Part shown: positions 1 through 8,289 of the stretch, piece after piece
Position numbering within the stretch: the stretch's first letter is position 1
How the letters are laid out: each line of letters starts with the position of its first letter
Position numbers and translations under genes: made by a program
Assembly (NCBI GenBank): GCA_042584005.1
Contig: JBHOTF010000009.1
Coordinates: 950 to 64,949, forward strand
DNA from: Bacteroidota bacterium
GTDB taxonomy: Bacteria > Bacteroidota > Bacteroidia > Bacteroidales > JBHOTF01
Direction: 5' to 3'
DNA length: 64,000 nucleotides
The notes under the pieces: model-generated
What the model saw: the letters and a program-made list of their open reading frames with translations, nothing else
Told to the model about the DNA's origin: nothing
The model's database searches: none

Positions 1-267
1 GCCATTTTCTCTCGCCAGCCAGGCTCCTTCAGAAATGGTATGAGTAGTTGGGTTAGGTATTACATTATCATAATGAAAGACTTCAATATTCTCCTTAATA
101 ATTATTTCTTTTACCTTAGTATATAATTCTGATAAAGGATCAACAGAGGGAGTTGTAACGAGCAAACACTTTTTTCCATACTGTTTTATTAGTTCTCCTG
201 CTTCATTAATTCTGCCTCTTCCAAAAATAATTTTAGTGTTCTGAAAATACTCAAATGATTTTTTCAT
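1..267 (-). CDS. Iron-containing (group III) alcohol dehydrogenase, N-terminal fragment; the gene continues past the window start
   Basis: Absent from the ORF track because there is no stop in the window. Manual minus-strand translation from the ATG at 267 gives MKKSFEYFQNTKIIFGRGRINEAGELIKQYGKKCLLVTTPS..., the usual Fe-ADH N-terminus (TKIIFG.G...G.K.LLVT). It overlaps the stop of the adjacent kinase gene by 17 nt. Confidence 0.6.
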   Translation of the reverse strand, partial: MKKSFEYFQNTKIIFGRGRINEAGELIKQYGKKCLLVTTPSVDPLSELYTKVKEIIIKENIEVFHYDNVIPNPTTHTISEGAWLARENG

Positions 268-1168
268 TATTCTGGTTTAAATTATTAATTATATATGAGG
301 GTAATATTGGCATACCTCCCTTTTGTGTACAGACAAAAGCTGATAAACCTGATGCTAAACGATGGCAATCCCCAATATTAAGGCCCTTTAACTGTCCAAT
401 AACCAATGCTGCTGTAAAAGAGTCTCCGGCTCCAACTGAATCGCAAACCCTGACAGGAGGAACTTCAAAAATACTTTTTTCTTTTCCGTTAAACAGCAAA
501 CTACCTTTTTTACCTCTTGTAAGGGCTATCAATTCCAAATTATAATTTTCTATAAGTTTTATTAAGATTTGATCTTCATTATTTTTTATAGATAACAGTT
601 CTGAAAGAATTATTAATTCATCCTCATTGATCTTTAGAATATTACATTTTGACAGTGATGATTCGATTATTTCTTTAGTATAAAATGATTGCCGTAGATT
701 TATGTCAAATACTACCAAACAGTTTATATCTACAGCCGAAAGAAAATTATGAATACTGATAGACGAATTTAGATTTCTCTGTGCTAGTGATCCAAAACAT
801 ACTGCATCTGTTATTGAAGCCAGCTCTTTTAGATTATTATTCCAGGGAATTTGATCCCATGCAACATCTTTATGTATTATATAATCGGGATTTCCTTCTT
901 TGTCAAGTTTAACTGATACTGTCCCTGTTGGATAATCCGGATTTGTCCCGATAAAATCATCAGATAATTCAAATTCTTCAAGTTTGTTCTTTATTTCAGT
1001 ACCATTCCTGTCGTTACCAATCATACTAACAATATAGCTTGTACCTCCAAGCTGTTGGGTATGAAAAGCAAAATTTGCCGGGGCTCCACCAAGCTGCTTG
1101 CCACCAGGTAATAAATCCCACAAAAGCTCTCCGAGTCCAACAATTACAGGTTTATTACATTTATTCAT
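251..1168 (-). CDS. PfkB-family carbohydrate kinase (fructokinase-like)
   Basis: 305-aa ORF with an ATG start. N-terminal GLGELLWDLLPGGKQLGGAPANFAFH and C-terminal GAGDSFTAAL motifs are characteristic of ribokinase/PfkB fructokinases. Confidence 0.85.
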   Translation of the reverse strand: MNKCNKPVIVGLGELLWDLLPGGKQLGGAPANFAFHTQQLGGTSYIVSMIGNDRNGTEIKNKLEEFELSDDFIGTNPDYPTGTVSVKLDKEGNPDYIIHKDVAWDQIPWNNNLKELASITDAVCFGSLAQRNLNSSISIHNFLSAVDINCLVVFDINLRQSFYTKEIIESSLSKCNILKINEDELIILSELLSIKNNEDQILIKLIENYNLELIALTRGKKGSLLFNGKEKSIFEVPPVRVCDSVGAGDSFTAALVIGQLKGLNIGDCHRLASGLSAFVCTQKGGMPILPSYIINNLNQNNEKII

Positions 1169-1244
1169 CTGTTTGAATTTTTTTTATTTCTGAATGATAT
1201 AAAAAATTTCATTTCATATTAGTGGCATTCCGCTATATTGTTAA

Positions 1245-2267
1245 TTATAGGTTTATCATAACTTTCATGGTTTTATCTCCCTGTTTTTGAATAAATTTGT
1301 AAGCTTCATCGTAGCGGGAAAAAGGGACATGTTTTGTGACCAGGGGGCCTGTTTTAATTTTTCCTGATGAAATATAATTGACAGCCTCTTCATAGTCGTC
1401 ATGTTTGTACATAAGAGAACCTGTGAGTTTTAATTCCCTGTCGCCAAGTACCGACATATCAATCCGTGGCCGCTCACCAAAAACTCCCAAAACAATTATC
1501 TCCCCACCTTTATTGATATTCTGTATTGCAGCATCCATTGTTTCTTCAACTCCAACTGCTTCAAAAGCTATATCAAAACCTTCTTCTCCAAAAACCCTTG
1601 AGGAGGCCTTTGCCAGTGATTCCCTTAATGGATTTGAAGCATATTCAATACCACATTCTTTTGCTACCGATATTCTGAAATCACTGATATCACATATAAG
1701 TACTTTTCTGGCTCCTCTTGCCTGTGCAAACTGTGATACAAAGTTTCCAATAGTTCCGGCACCAAGAACAACTATATTTTTATTCTTTATTTCTTTTGCT
1801 TTGAGAGTTGAATGTGCACCTACAGCGGCAGGTTCGATTAGAGCACCCTGATCAAATGTCATTGATTCGGGGAAAAGAACAATCCTTTCTTCGTTGGTAA
1901 TAAAGTAATCCTGTGCTACACCAGCTGCCTGAAATCCTTGTACTTTCAGCTTATCACATATATTATAATCTCCTTTTAAACACTGAGCGCATATTCCACA
2001 CACTATCTGAGGTCTGGCAGTCGCCCTGTCGCCTGGCCGGACTTTTGTTACACAATTGCCAACGGCTTCAACTATAGCGCTAAATTCATGGCCCTGGATC
2101 AGGGGATAGGAAACAAATGGATGTTTTCCGTGATAAACATGAATATCAGTTCCGCAAACTCCAATTTTTTGAATTTTCAAAAGAATTTCATCTTCCTTTA
2201 AATTCCCTGGCTGGTCAACTTCAAAGAATTCAATTACACCGGGTTGGGTTAATACTGCCTGTCTCAT
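1245..2267 (-). CDS. Zinc-dependent medium-chain alcohol/polyol dehydrogenase (sorbitol/threonine dehydrogenase-like)
   Basis: 340 aa. GVCGTDIHVYHGKHP catalytic-zinc motif, structural-zinc Cys cluster (CGICAQCLKGDYNIC) and GAGTIGN Rossmann motif. Confidence 0.85.
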   Translation of the reverse strand: MRQAVLTQPGVIEFFEVDQPGNLKEDEILLKIQKIGVCGTDIHVYHGKHPFVSYPLIQGHEFSAIVEAVGNCVTKVRPGDRATARPQIVCGICAQCLKGDYNICDKLKVQGFQAAGVAQDYFITNEERIVLFPESMTFDQGALIEPAAVGAHSTLKAKEIKNKNIVVLGAGTIGNFVSQFAQARGARKVLICDISDFRISVAKECGIEYASNPLRESLAKASSRVFGEEGFDIAFEAVGVEETMDAAIQNINKGGEIIVLGVFGERPRIDMSVLGDRELKLTGSLMYKHDDYEEAVNYISSGKIKTGPLVTKHVPFSRYDEAYKFIQKQGDKTMKVMINL

Positions 2268-2353
2268 ATATTAAATAAAATATTTGTTCTATTATATTAT
2301 AAAATTATCAATTTTAGATAATTAACAAACTTAAAAATGGTTTTAATTTAATT

Positions 2354-2403
2354 AAATTTCGTTCGCATGCCGGGGCTGTAAGAAGTCTGGCTACACGAAA
2401 TTT
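2354..2403 (+). other. GC-rich imperfect stem-loop in an AT-rich intergenic region
   Basis: Perfect 9-bp outer stem: AAATTTCGT (2354-2362) pairs with ACGAAATTT (2395-2403). Inner 6-bp stem GCCGGG/UCUGGC contains two G-U pairs, which exist only on the plus strand. Followed by TTTT. Confidence 0.4.
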
Positions 2404-2491
2404 TCCCTCTTAGCAATCTTTAACATACTATTAACATTCTGTTAACCTATTCATAGCTATCCCAGTATTATATTTACACAAAATTACTGCT

Positions 2492-2713
2492 ATGACAAAT
2501 AAAACAAATACAAAAATTGTAATTGGCCTCATCTTTCTTATTAGCATAATTTTTTTAGTTAATTATTCCAATTCGCAAAAGAAACCCAACAAGCTTACAA
2601 CAGATAAAATATTATTGGAAAATAATGAAAAAGAAGATTGGAAAAAGGTTAAAAAACTAAAATTGCTGAACAAAACATTTACTCCCATTTTCGGTCAGGC
2701 TAACAACAAATAA
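2492..2713 (+). CDS. Hypothetical small membrane-anchored protein (73 aa)
   Basis: ATG ORF in a 389-nt gap, with one N-terminal hydrophobic helix (IVIGLIFLISIIFLV). Its last 57 nt overlap the 3' end of the convergent phosphatase gene. No recognisable family. Confidence 0.25.
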   Translation: MTNKTNTKIVIGLIFLISIIFLVNYSNSQKKPNKLTTDKILLENNEKEDWKKVKKLKLLNKTFTPIFGQANNK

Positions 2714-3229
2714 CTTGTTGTATTCATCGTCAGTTAAATCAACATATTTTTCCTTATTTATAAGCTGATTAACCAATTTTGGAATTGTGTTTGAATGCCC
2801 GACTATCAATATATTAGAGCCCTTGTTTTTATCAATAATATCTTTTATTACTGATTTGTCGTTTGGCTTATATATCTGTATCTCAATGTCTGTTTTTTTC
2901 GCAAGTGGGGCTGCAGTATTTTTTGTTCTTTTATAATTTGTTGAATAAATAGCCGTGATTTCCGATTTTATTAACATTTCACAGAGTTTATCAGCTCTTT
3001 CTTCCCCTTTTTTATTTAATTCAGGATCTCTGCTTCCATCATTTTCTTTTTCGGCATGACGAACCAGAAATATCGTAGTGATTAATTTATCCTTTGTTTT
3101 ATCATTATTCTGAGCCAGACAATTATTGGATAATAAAATTAAAAACCCTAAGCAAATAGAAAAGAAAATCCTTGAATAGCTCTTGTAAGTCCTTGAAGTT
3201 TGAATTCCGGTATTAATAACAGATTGCAT
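2657..3229 (-). CDS. Histidine phosphatase family protein (SixA/phosphoglycerate-mutase-like), secreted
   Basis: 190 aa. N-terminal hydrophobic signal-like segment, LVRHAEKE catalytic RHG-type motif and a later GHSNT motif. Confidence 0.75.
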   Translation of the reverse strand: MQSVINTGIQTSRTYKSYSRIFFSICLGFLILLSNNCLAQNNDKTKDKLITTIFLVRHAEKENDGSRDPELNKKGEERADKLCEMLIKSEITAIYSTNYKRTKNTAAPLAKKTDIEIQIYKPNDKSVIKDIIDKNKGSNILIVGHSNTIPKLVNQLINKEKYVDLTDDEYNKLFVVSLTENGSKCFVQQF

Positions 3230-3351
3230 AATTTGTTTTGAATTATATATTGAAAGCTTAAACCTAACAATTTATTTTCTTTTAATAAATAATATGTATT
3301 TTTAAAAAAAATCATTTTGCTTAATTTATCAATTTCTATTAAACTAATATC

Positions 3352-4680
3352 ATGAAGAAAAAGAATAATTTCAGCCGTCGTAATTTTGTCAAAACATCTG
3401 TTGTAGGAGCTATTGGAGCAACTATTCCGTTTAGTACATCTAATGCTGCAAATAGTGAAAACTCCGGCACAGGTGAACAAAAGATTAAGGAATACAGAAG
3501 GTTGGGTCGGACGAATTTTAAAGTTTCAGATATTAGTTATGGAGCAGGTGGCTTAACTAATGCCAACGTTTTCGAAAATGCACTCAAGATGGGCGTGAAT
3601 TATATTGATACTGCTGAGCACTATGCAAGAGGACGGTCGGAAACGACAATAGGGGAAGTGCTGAAGAAAATTGACCGGAAGTCTGTGTTTCTGACCACAA
3701 AGCTTAATTTAAATATGCGGGGAAGAACCAAAGAAGATATTAGAATCAGGTTTCATGAATGTTTACAGCGCCTTCAGACTGATTATGTTGATTGTTTGAT
3801 GATTCATATGTCACCTGAAATTGAGCAGGTAACAGATGAGAATTTTCATAAAGTTGCTGAAGAGCTGAAAGCTGAGGGCAAGGTTAAATTTTTAGGTTTG
3901 TCGAATCACGGACCTGAATTTAATATGGCAGGCCGTGTTAAGGACCCTATGGAAAATGTTATATGTGCAGCTGTTGATGATGGAAGGTTTGATGTTGCTC
4001 TTTTTGTATATAATTTTTTACAGAAAGAACAGGGCGAGCGTATTATTAAAAAATGTAAAGAAAAAGATGTTGGTGTAACTTTAATGAAATCCAATCCGAT
4101 TAATATGTACTCCCAGCTTAAAAAAAGTTATGATGAAGCTGTGGGAAGAGGAGAAACACCATCTGAGAGATTCACAAACAGTTTGAAAGATGCTGAAAAA
4201 TGGTGGAATGATGCAGAATCGTTCAGAGAAAAATATGGTTTGAAATCTTTTACTGATGTAAGAAACGCTGCAACACAATTTGTTCTGAATAACCCTGATG
4301 TACACTGTGTTTGCCCTACAATTAATAGTTTTGAAGACCTTGAAACTTTTATTGCTTTATCAGGAAGCAGGCTTAGCCCAAAATCAACTGCAATGCTTGA
4401 TGATTATGGTTCCAGTATGGGGAAATATTATTGCCGGCATGCCTGTGGTATATGTGAATCGGCTTGTCCTGACAATGTCCCTGTAAATACGATAATGAGA
4501 TATAATCATTATTTCGAAGCACAAAGCAGAGAAAAACATGCTATGCAAAAATATTTTGCATTAAATACTGCTAAAGCAAATATTTGTTCAGCCTGTGCTG
4601 GTAATTGTGAATCTGAATGCCCGCATGATGTTCCTATCAAATCTTTATTAATTTCGGCACATCAGAATCTGACTGTTTAA
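3352..4680 (+). CDS. Aldo/keto reductase with twin-arginine signal and C-terminal Fe-S (ferredoxin-like) domain
   Basis: 442 aa. SRRNFVK Tat motif followed by a hydrophobic stretch, AKR core (GVNYIDTAEHY...LGLSNH), and C-terminal CGICESACP and CSACAGNCESECP cluster motifs. Confidence 0.8.
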   Translation: MKKKNNFSRRNFVKTSVVGAIGATIPFSTSNAANSENSGTGEQKIKEYRRLGRTNFKVSDISYGAGGLTNANVFENALKMGVNYIDTAEHYARGRSETTIGEVLKKIDRKSVFLTTKLNLNMRGRTKEDIRIRFHECLQRLQTDYVDCLMIHMSPEIEQVTDENFHKVAEELKAEGKVKFLGLSNHGPEFNMAGRVKDPMENVICAAVDDGRFDVALFVYNFLQKEQGERIIKKCKEKDVGVTLMKSNPINMYSQLKKSYDEAVGRGETPSERFTNSLKDAEKWWNDAESFREKYGLKSFTDVRNAATQFVLNNPDVHCVCPTINSFEDLETFIALSGSRLSPKSTAMLDDYGSSMGKYYCRHACGICESACPDNVPVNTIMRYNHYFEAQSREKHAMQKYFALNTAKANICSACAGNCESECPHDVPIKSLLISAHQNLTV

Positions 4681-5495
4681 TTAATTTTAATATTTACAAT
4701 AATAATATCCTTATCCCTGTCTTTTCCAAGTCCTAAAATATTCCCGTTTTTGTTAACTGCAACACTCTGGCCTCCATAAGTCATTCCTGTCCATGGTCCA
4801 TTTGATATTTTGCCTGCCAGATCAGTCCCTATAACAGGACAACCTACTGTTTTTGCAGTATTCTGAACCACTTTTAATAATTCCATTCCATGTTCAGGCC
4901 ATGATTTTTCCGGAGCAGCCCAGCCGTATGGTATAAGTAACAAATCGGGTTTAAGCCCTTTCATTCTTTTTAGAATTTCTTCTTTAAAGGTATCAGCACA
5001 AATCAATATTCCTATATTGCCAAATTCTGTGATAACTGTTTTTATATCAACTCCTTCAGAATATGATGGAGTCATTAACTCTTTCAGGATGTTCATTTTC
5101 CTGTGTTTAAGAATAATGTCTCCTTTATTGTTAATTAGTATTGCTGTATCATATAATTTGTCATTTTCCTTTTCTGCCAGTCCGATACAAATTGAAATAT
5201 TATTCTCTTTAGCCAGTTTGCACAATCTATCACTATCCTTACCTGGTATAGGAAATGCTATTTTGTGTGCTGCCGGATTTACCCATCCGTATATTGAAGT
5301 TTCAGGAAATGTAATAATATCTGCCCCGGCGGATTTGGCTTCCATAATTGCATTTTCAATCCTCACAAAGTTGCCTGAGCGGTCACTATCAATACATACA
5401 ATTTGCCCTATTGCAATTTTTAGTTCCTGAGAATAAAGGTTTGAGCTTGTCAGAAACAAGATTGATATCAAATAAATAATTTTATATCTATTCAT
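4677..5495 (-). CDS. Carbon-nitrogen hydrolase (nitrilase superfamily), secreted
   Basis: 272 aa. Signal peptide, FPE (FPETSIYGW) glutamate motif and LICAD catalytic Cys motif. Confidence 0.8.
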   Translation of the reverse strand: MNRYKIIYLISILFLTSSNLYSQELKIAIGQIVCIDSDRSGNFVRIENAIMEAKSAGADIITFPETSIYGWVNPAAHKIAFPIPGKDSDRLCKLAKENNISICIGLAEKENDKLYDTAILINNKGDIILKHRKMNILKELMTPSYSEGVDIKTVITEFGNIGILICADTFKEEILKRMKGLKPDLLLIPYGWAAPEKSWPEHGMELLKVVQNTAKTVGCPVIGTDLAGKISNGPWTGMTYGGQSVAVNKNGNILGLGKDRDKDIIIVNIKIN

Positions 5496-5591
5496 TTTAG
5501 AAATTGTTTTTAAGATGAATTCTAATATAAAAGTGGTAATTTCGAAATAATAATCAAAATAATATCAATTGGCTGGTATAGAAAAGAAATA

Positions 5592-8258
5592 TTACTTATA
5601 ATTCAGAACAGGATAAATTATTCCCGGCTCAAGAACAGCTTCTTTAGAAATTTTTTCACCTTCCCATTCAAAACTCACAATATATTTTCCAGGTTTAGCT
5701 CTCCTTGAATTCCAATATAATTTATTAATTCCTTCTTTGGGCTTTATTGATCTGGAATATACTTCATCCCCTTTTTCATCAATTATTGTAAGTTCAGCAT
5801 CATTTCCTTCTTCATTTCTAAAATAATACCATATTTCAAGCCCTGATGGTTCATTTGATGTTCCAATATGATTACTCCCTGTCATATGGAAATTTCCCCA
5901 ACTGGCTTGTTGTGAGTAATTCATCTTCGGCTTGGGATCAATATTAAATAAATGGAAGTCCTTTTGTTGAATTTCAGATGTAAATTGTTGCAAGGGGCTA
6001 ATATCGGTTATCCATGCTGCTCTTCCATAAGTTCCAACCACAAGATCATTTTCAATTGGGTGTACAAGAAGATCCCTTACTACAGCCGGGGGCATATTGA
6101 CTTTAAGAGAAAACCATTTTTCACCCCTGTCCAAACTGAAATATACCGCATGATCGTTTCCTAAAAATAATAGATCGGCATTTTTCTTATCCTCAAAAAT
6201 CACATTCACAGGATAATCAGGCAGATTTGCTGAAATATCTGACCATGTTTTACCATAATTATCAGTTTTAAATACATAGGGTTTAAAATCATCATTTCTG
6301 TACCCTGATTTTGTAATATAAGCTGTTCCTGCATTATGAGAAGATGCAACAACTCTACTTACCCAGCGGTCGGCCGGAGCACCCAGCTTAGTAATTTTTT
6401 CAGTCATTTCTATCCATGATTTACCATTATCTTTTGTAAGGTGAACATGTCCATCGTCTGTTCCTATCCAGATTATCCCCGGAGAGACCGGCGATTCTGA
6501 AATTGTGCTTATGGTGCAATGCATCATATGGCCTGTCCCTGCAATTTTTTCTTTATTGTTATCAGTGAGATCCGGACTTATAGCCATCCATGTATCACCA
6601 CGATCGGAAGAACGAAGAAGTTTTTGTGCTCCTGCATAAATTACTTTGGAATTATGAGGAGATATTACTAGAGGAGTTGTCCAGGTATAGCGATAAAAAT
6701 CTTCTCCTTCGGGAGCTCTGGGGGTAATAGAAACTCTTTCTCCAATAGCCTGGTTAACACGGTGATGAGCCCCAAACTGGGAGGTGAAATAAAGCCATTT
6801 ATTATCATTAGGATCAATCTTGCAATACATACCATCCCACATACCAACAATTACCCAGTCTTTATTTGTTATTTGTCCCGACCAGCTGTTTGACGGCCCC
6901 TTCCATACTTCATGATCCTGAAGGCCTATGTACACATTATATGGTTTGGCATTGTCAACTTCTACCATATAAATTTCACCAAGAGGAAGCTGGTAATAAT
7001 GATTCATGCTTTTCCCTCCGTCCCATGTTGAATAAATCCCTCCGTCTGATCCAAGCATAATATGTCTGGAATCGTCAGGATCGATCCAGAAAGATCTGTT
7101 ATCACCGAAATTTGATCTGAAAAGGTTTTGATTTCTACCTCTTGGCCAGGTTTTTCCTCCGTCGAGAGAATAGTACATTCCTGCACCAATAATATATACC
7201 TTGTCGGGATCAATAGGATCGACAAATATTTTATTAAAACTATAGGCAGCTTTTCCGCTAACATCTATTTTTTCAGGATCATTAAGCCTTCTCCAGTTTT
7301 TTCCTGCGTCATCTGATCTGTAGGCTTCACCCCCAATCAGGTTGTCGAATGAATGGTCAGTAAACTCATCAAAAATAACTTCTTCATTTGGATCAGCTCC
7401 CGGTTTTAGGTTTAGGTTTTGTACTACTGCATACAATATTTCCGGATTTGACCTGTGAATGTCAATTCCTATCCTTCCAATCGGCCCTGTTGGTAATCCT
7501 CCTGTAAGTATTTCCCAGTTTGCTCCGCTATCGATAGTTTTGTAAATTCTGCTTTTTTCACCTCCCGGTTTAAAAGTCCATGCATTTCTGACCTTTTCAT
7601 AACTTGTTGCATACAATATTTTTGGATTGTCAGGATTAATTACCATATCAATTACTCCTGTTTTTTCATCAATATAAAGTACTTTTTCCCAGCTTTCCCC
7701 TCCGTTTATAGTTTTAAAAACACCTCTTTCTTCATTCTCTGAAAAAAGATGGCCCATTGATGATACCCAGACAATATCAGGATTCTCAGGATGGATTATT
7801 ATTCTGGAAATATGATGAGAATCTTTTAGTCCCATATTTACCCATGTTTTCCCTGCATCATATGATTTCCATACACCATTTCCATAATATGATGACCGGC
7901 AGTTAAAATCCTCGCCTGTTCCAATCCACAGAATATCAGCGTTTGACGGAGCGATTGTTATGTCTCCAATTGCTGTAACACCCAGATCATCTGTTATACA
8001 ATGGAAAGTAGTTCCATTATTAATTGTTTTCCACACACCACCATTTCTTGATGCTACATAAAATGTATATTTATGTTTGCCATCAGGATTTTCCGGTACT
8101 GCAATATCACCAACCCAGGCACTGATTCTGAAAGCTCCCAGGTTTCGATACTCGAAAGAATCAAAGTCTGAATCATTAATTACATCTTGAGAAAAGGAAA
8201 AATTAAATGAAATAAAACAAAAAATAATAATAAAAATGGTAGAGGAAATTCTTTTCAT
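5592..8258 (-). CDS. BNR/sortilin-VPS10-type repeat beta-propeller protein, secreted
   Basis: The track ORF (5592..8282) begins at a TTG inside a heptad repeat. The ATG at 8258 gives MKRISSTIFIIIFCF, a signal peptide. Many S.D.G.TW BNR-like repeats are present (DAGKTW, NGGESW, DSGANW, DDAGKNW, DGGKTW, DRGDTW, DNGKSW, NYGKTW, DRGEKW). Confidence 0.7.
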   Translation of the reverse strand: MKRISSTIFIIIFCFISFNFSFSQDVINDSDFDSFEYRNLGAFRISAWVGDIAVPENPDGKHKYTFYVASRNGGVWKTINNGTTFHCITDDLGVTAIGDITIAPSNADILWIGTGEDFNCRSSYYGNGVWKSYDAGKTWVNMGLKDSHHISRIIIHPENPDIVWVSSMGHLFSENEERGVFKTINGGESWEKVLYIDEKTGVIDMVINPDNPKILYATSYEKVRNAWTFKPGGEKSRIYKTIDSGANWEILTGGLPTGPIGRIGIDIHRSNPEILYAVVQNLNLKPGADPNEEVIFDEFTDHSFDNLIGGEAYRSDDAGKNWRRLNDPEKIDVSGKAAYSFNKIFVDPIDPDKVYIIGAGMYYSLDGGKTWPRGRNQNLFRSNFGDNRSFWIDPDDSRHIMLGSDGGIYSTWDGGKSMNHYYQLPLGEIYMVEVDNAKPYNVYIGLQDHEVWKGPSNSWSGQITNKDWVIVGMWDGMYCKIDPNDNKWLYFTSQFGAHHRVNQAIGERVSITPRAPEGEDFYRYTWTTPLVISPHNSKVIYAGAQKLLRSSDRGDTWMAISPDLTDNNKEKIAGTGHMMHCTISTISESPVSPGIIWIGTDDGHVHLTKDNGKSWIEMTEKITKLGAPADRWVSRVVASSHNAGTAYITKSGYRNDDFKPYVFKTDNYGKTWSDISANLPDYPVNVIFEDKKNADLLFLGNDHAVYFSLDRGEKWFSLKVNMPPAVVRDLLVHPIENDLVVGTYGRAAWITDISPLQQFTSEIQQKDFHLFNIDPKPKMNYSQQASWGNFHMTGSNHIGTSNEPSGLEIWYYFRNEEGNDAELTIIDEKGDEVYSRSIKPKEGINKLYWNSRRAKPGKYIVSFEWEGEKISKEAVLEPGIIYPVLNYK

Positions 8259-8268
8259 AATGGTATAA

Positions 8269-8289
8269 TTTTCAATTTTCAATTTTCAA
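8269..8289. repeat. (TTTTCAA)x3 heptad tandem repeat at a gene junction
   Basis: Three perfect units read directly. They span the last codons and stop of the 8279..10021 gene and the spacer before the next ATG (8258). Confidence 0.85.

Noticed and set aside
3148-3480. 110-aa minus-strand ORF spanning the phosphatase/AKR divergent spacer
   Set aside because: It overlaps the 5' ends of two supported genes and the promoter region between them, and has no recognisable features.
8259-8282. N-terminal extensions produced by TTG/GTG or upstream ATG starts in the ORF track (8282, 10072, 10167, 15119, 25221, 31443, 44857, 52434)
   Set aside because: In each case a downstream ATG gives the canonical family N-terminus or signal peptide. 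The extension runs into repeats, promoter-like motifs or the upstream gene.
8269-8289. Heptad repeats as classical phase-variation (contingency) switches
   Set aside because: With one partial exception, the repeats lie downstream of stop codons or between genes. Every register of the 8269-8289 repeat reaches a stop within a few codons. No ORF would be switched on or off by slippage.
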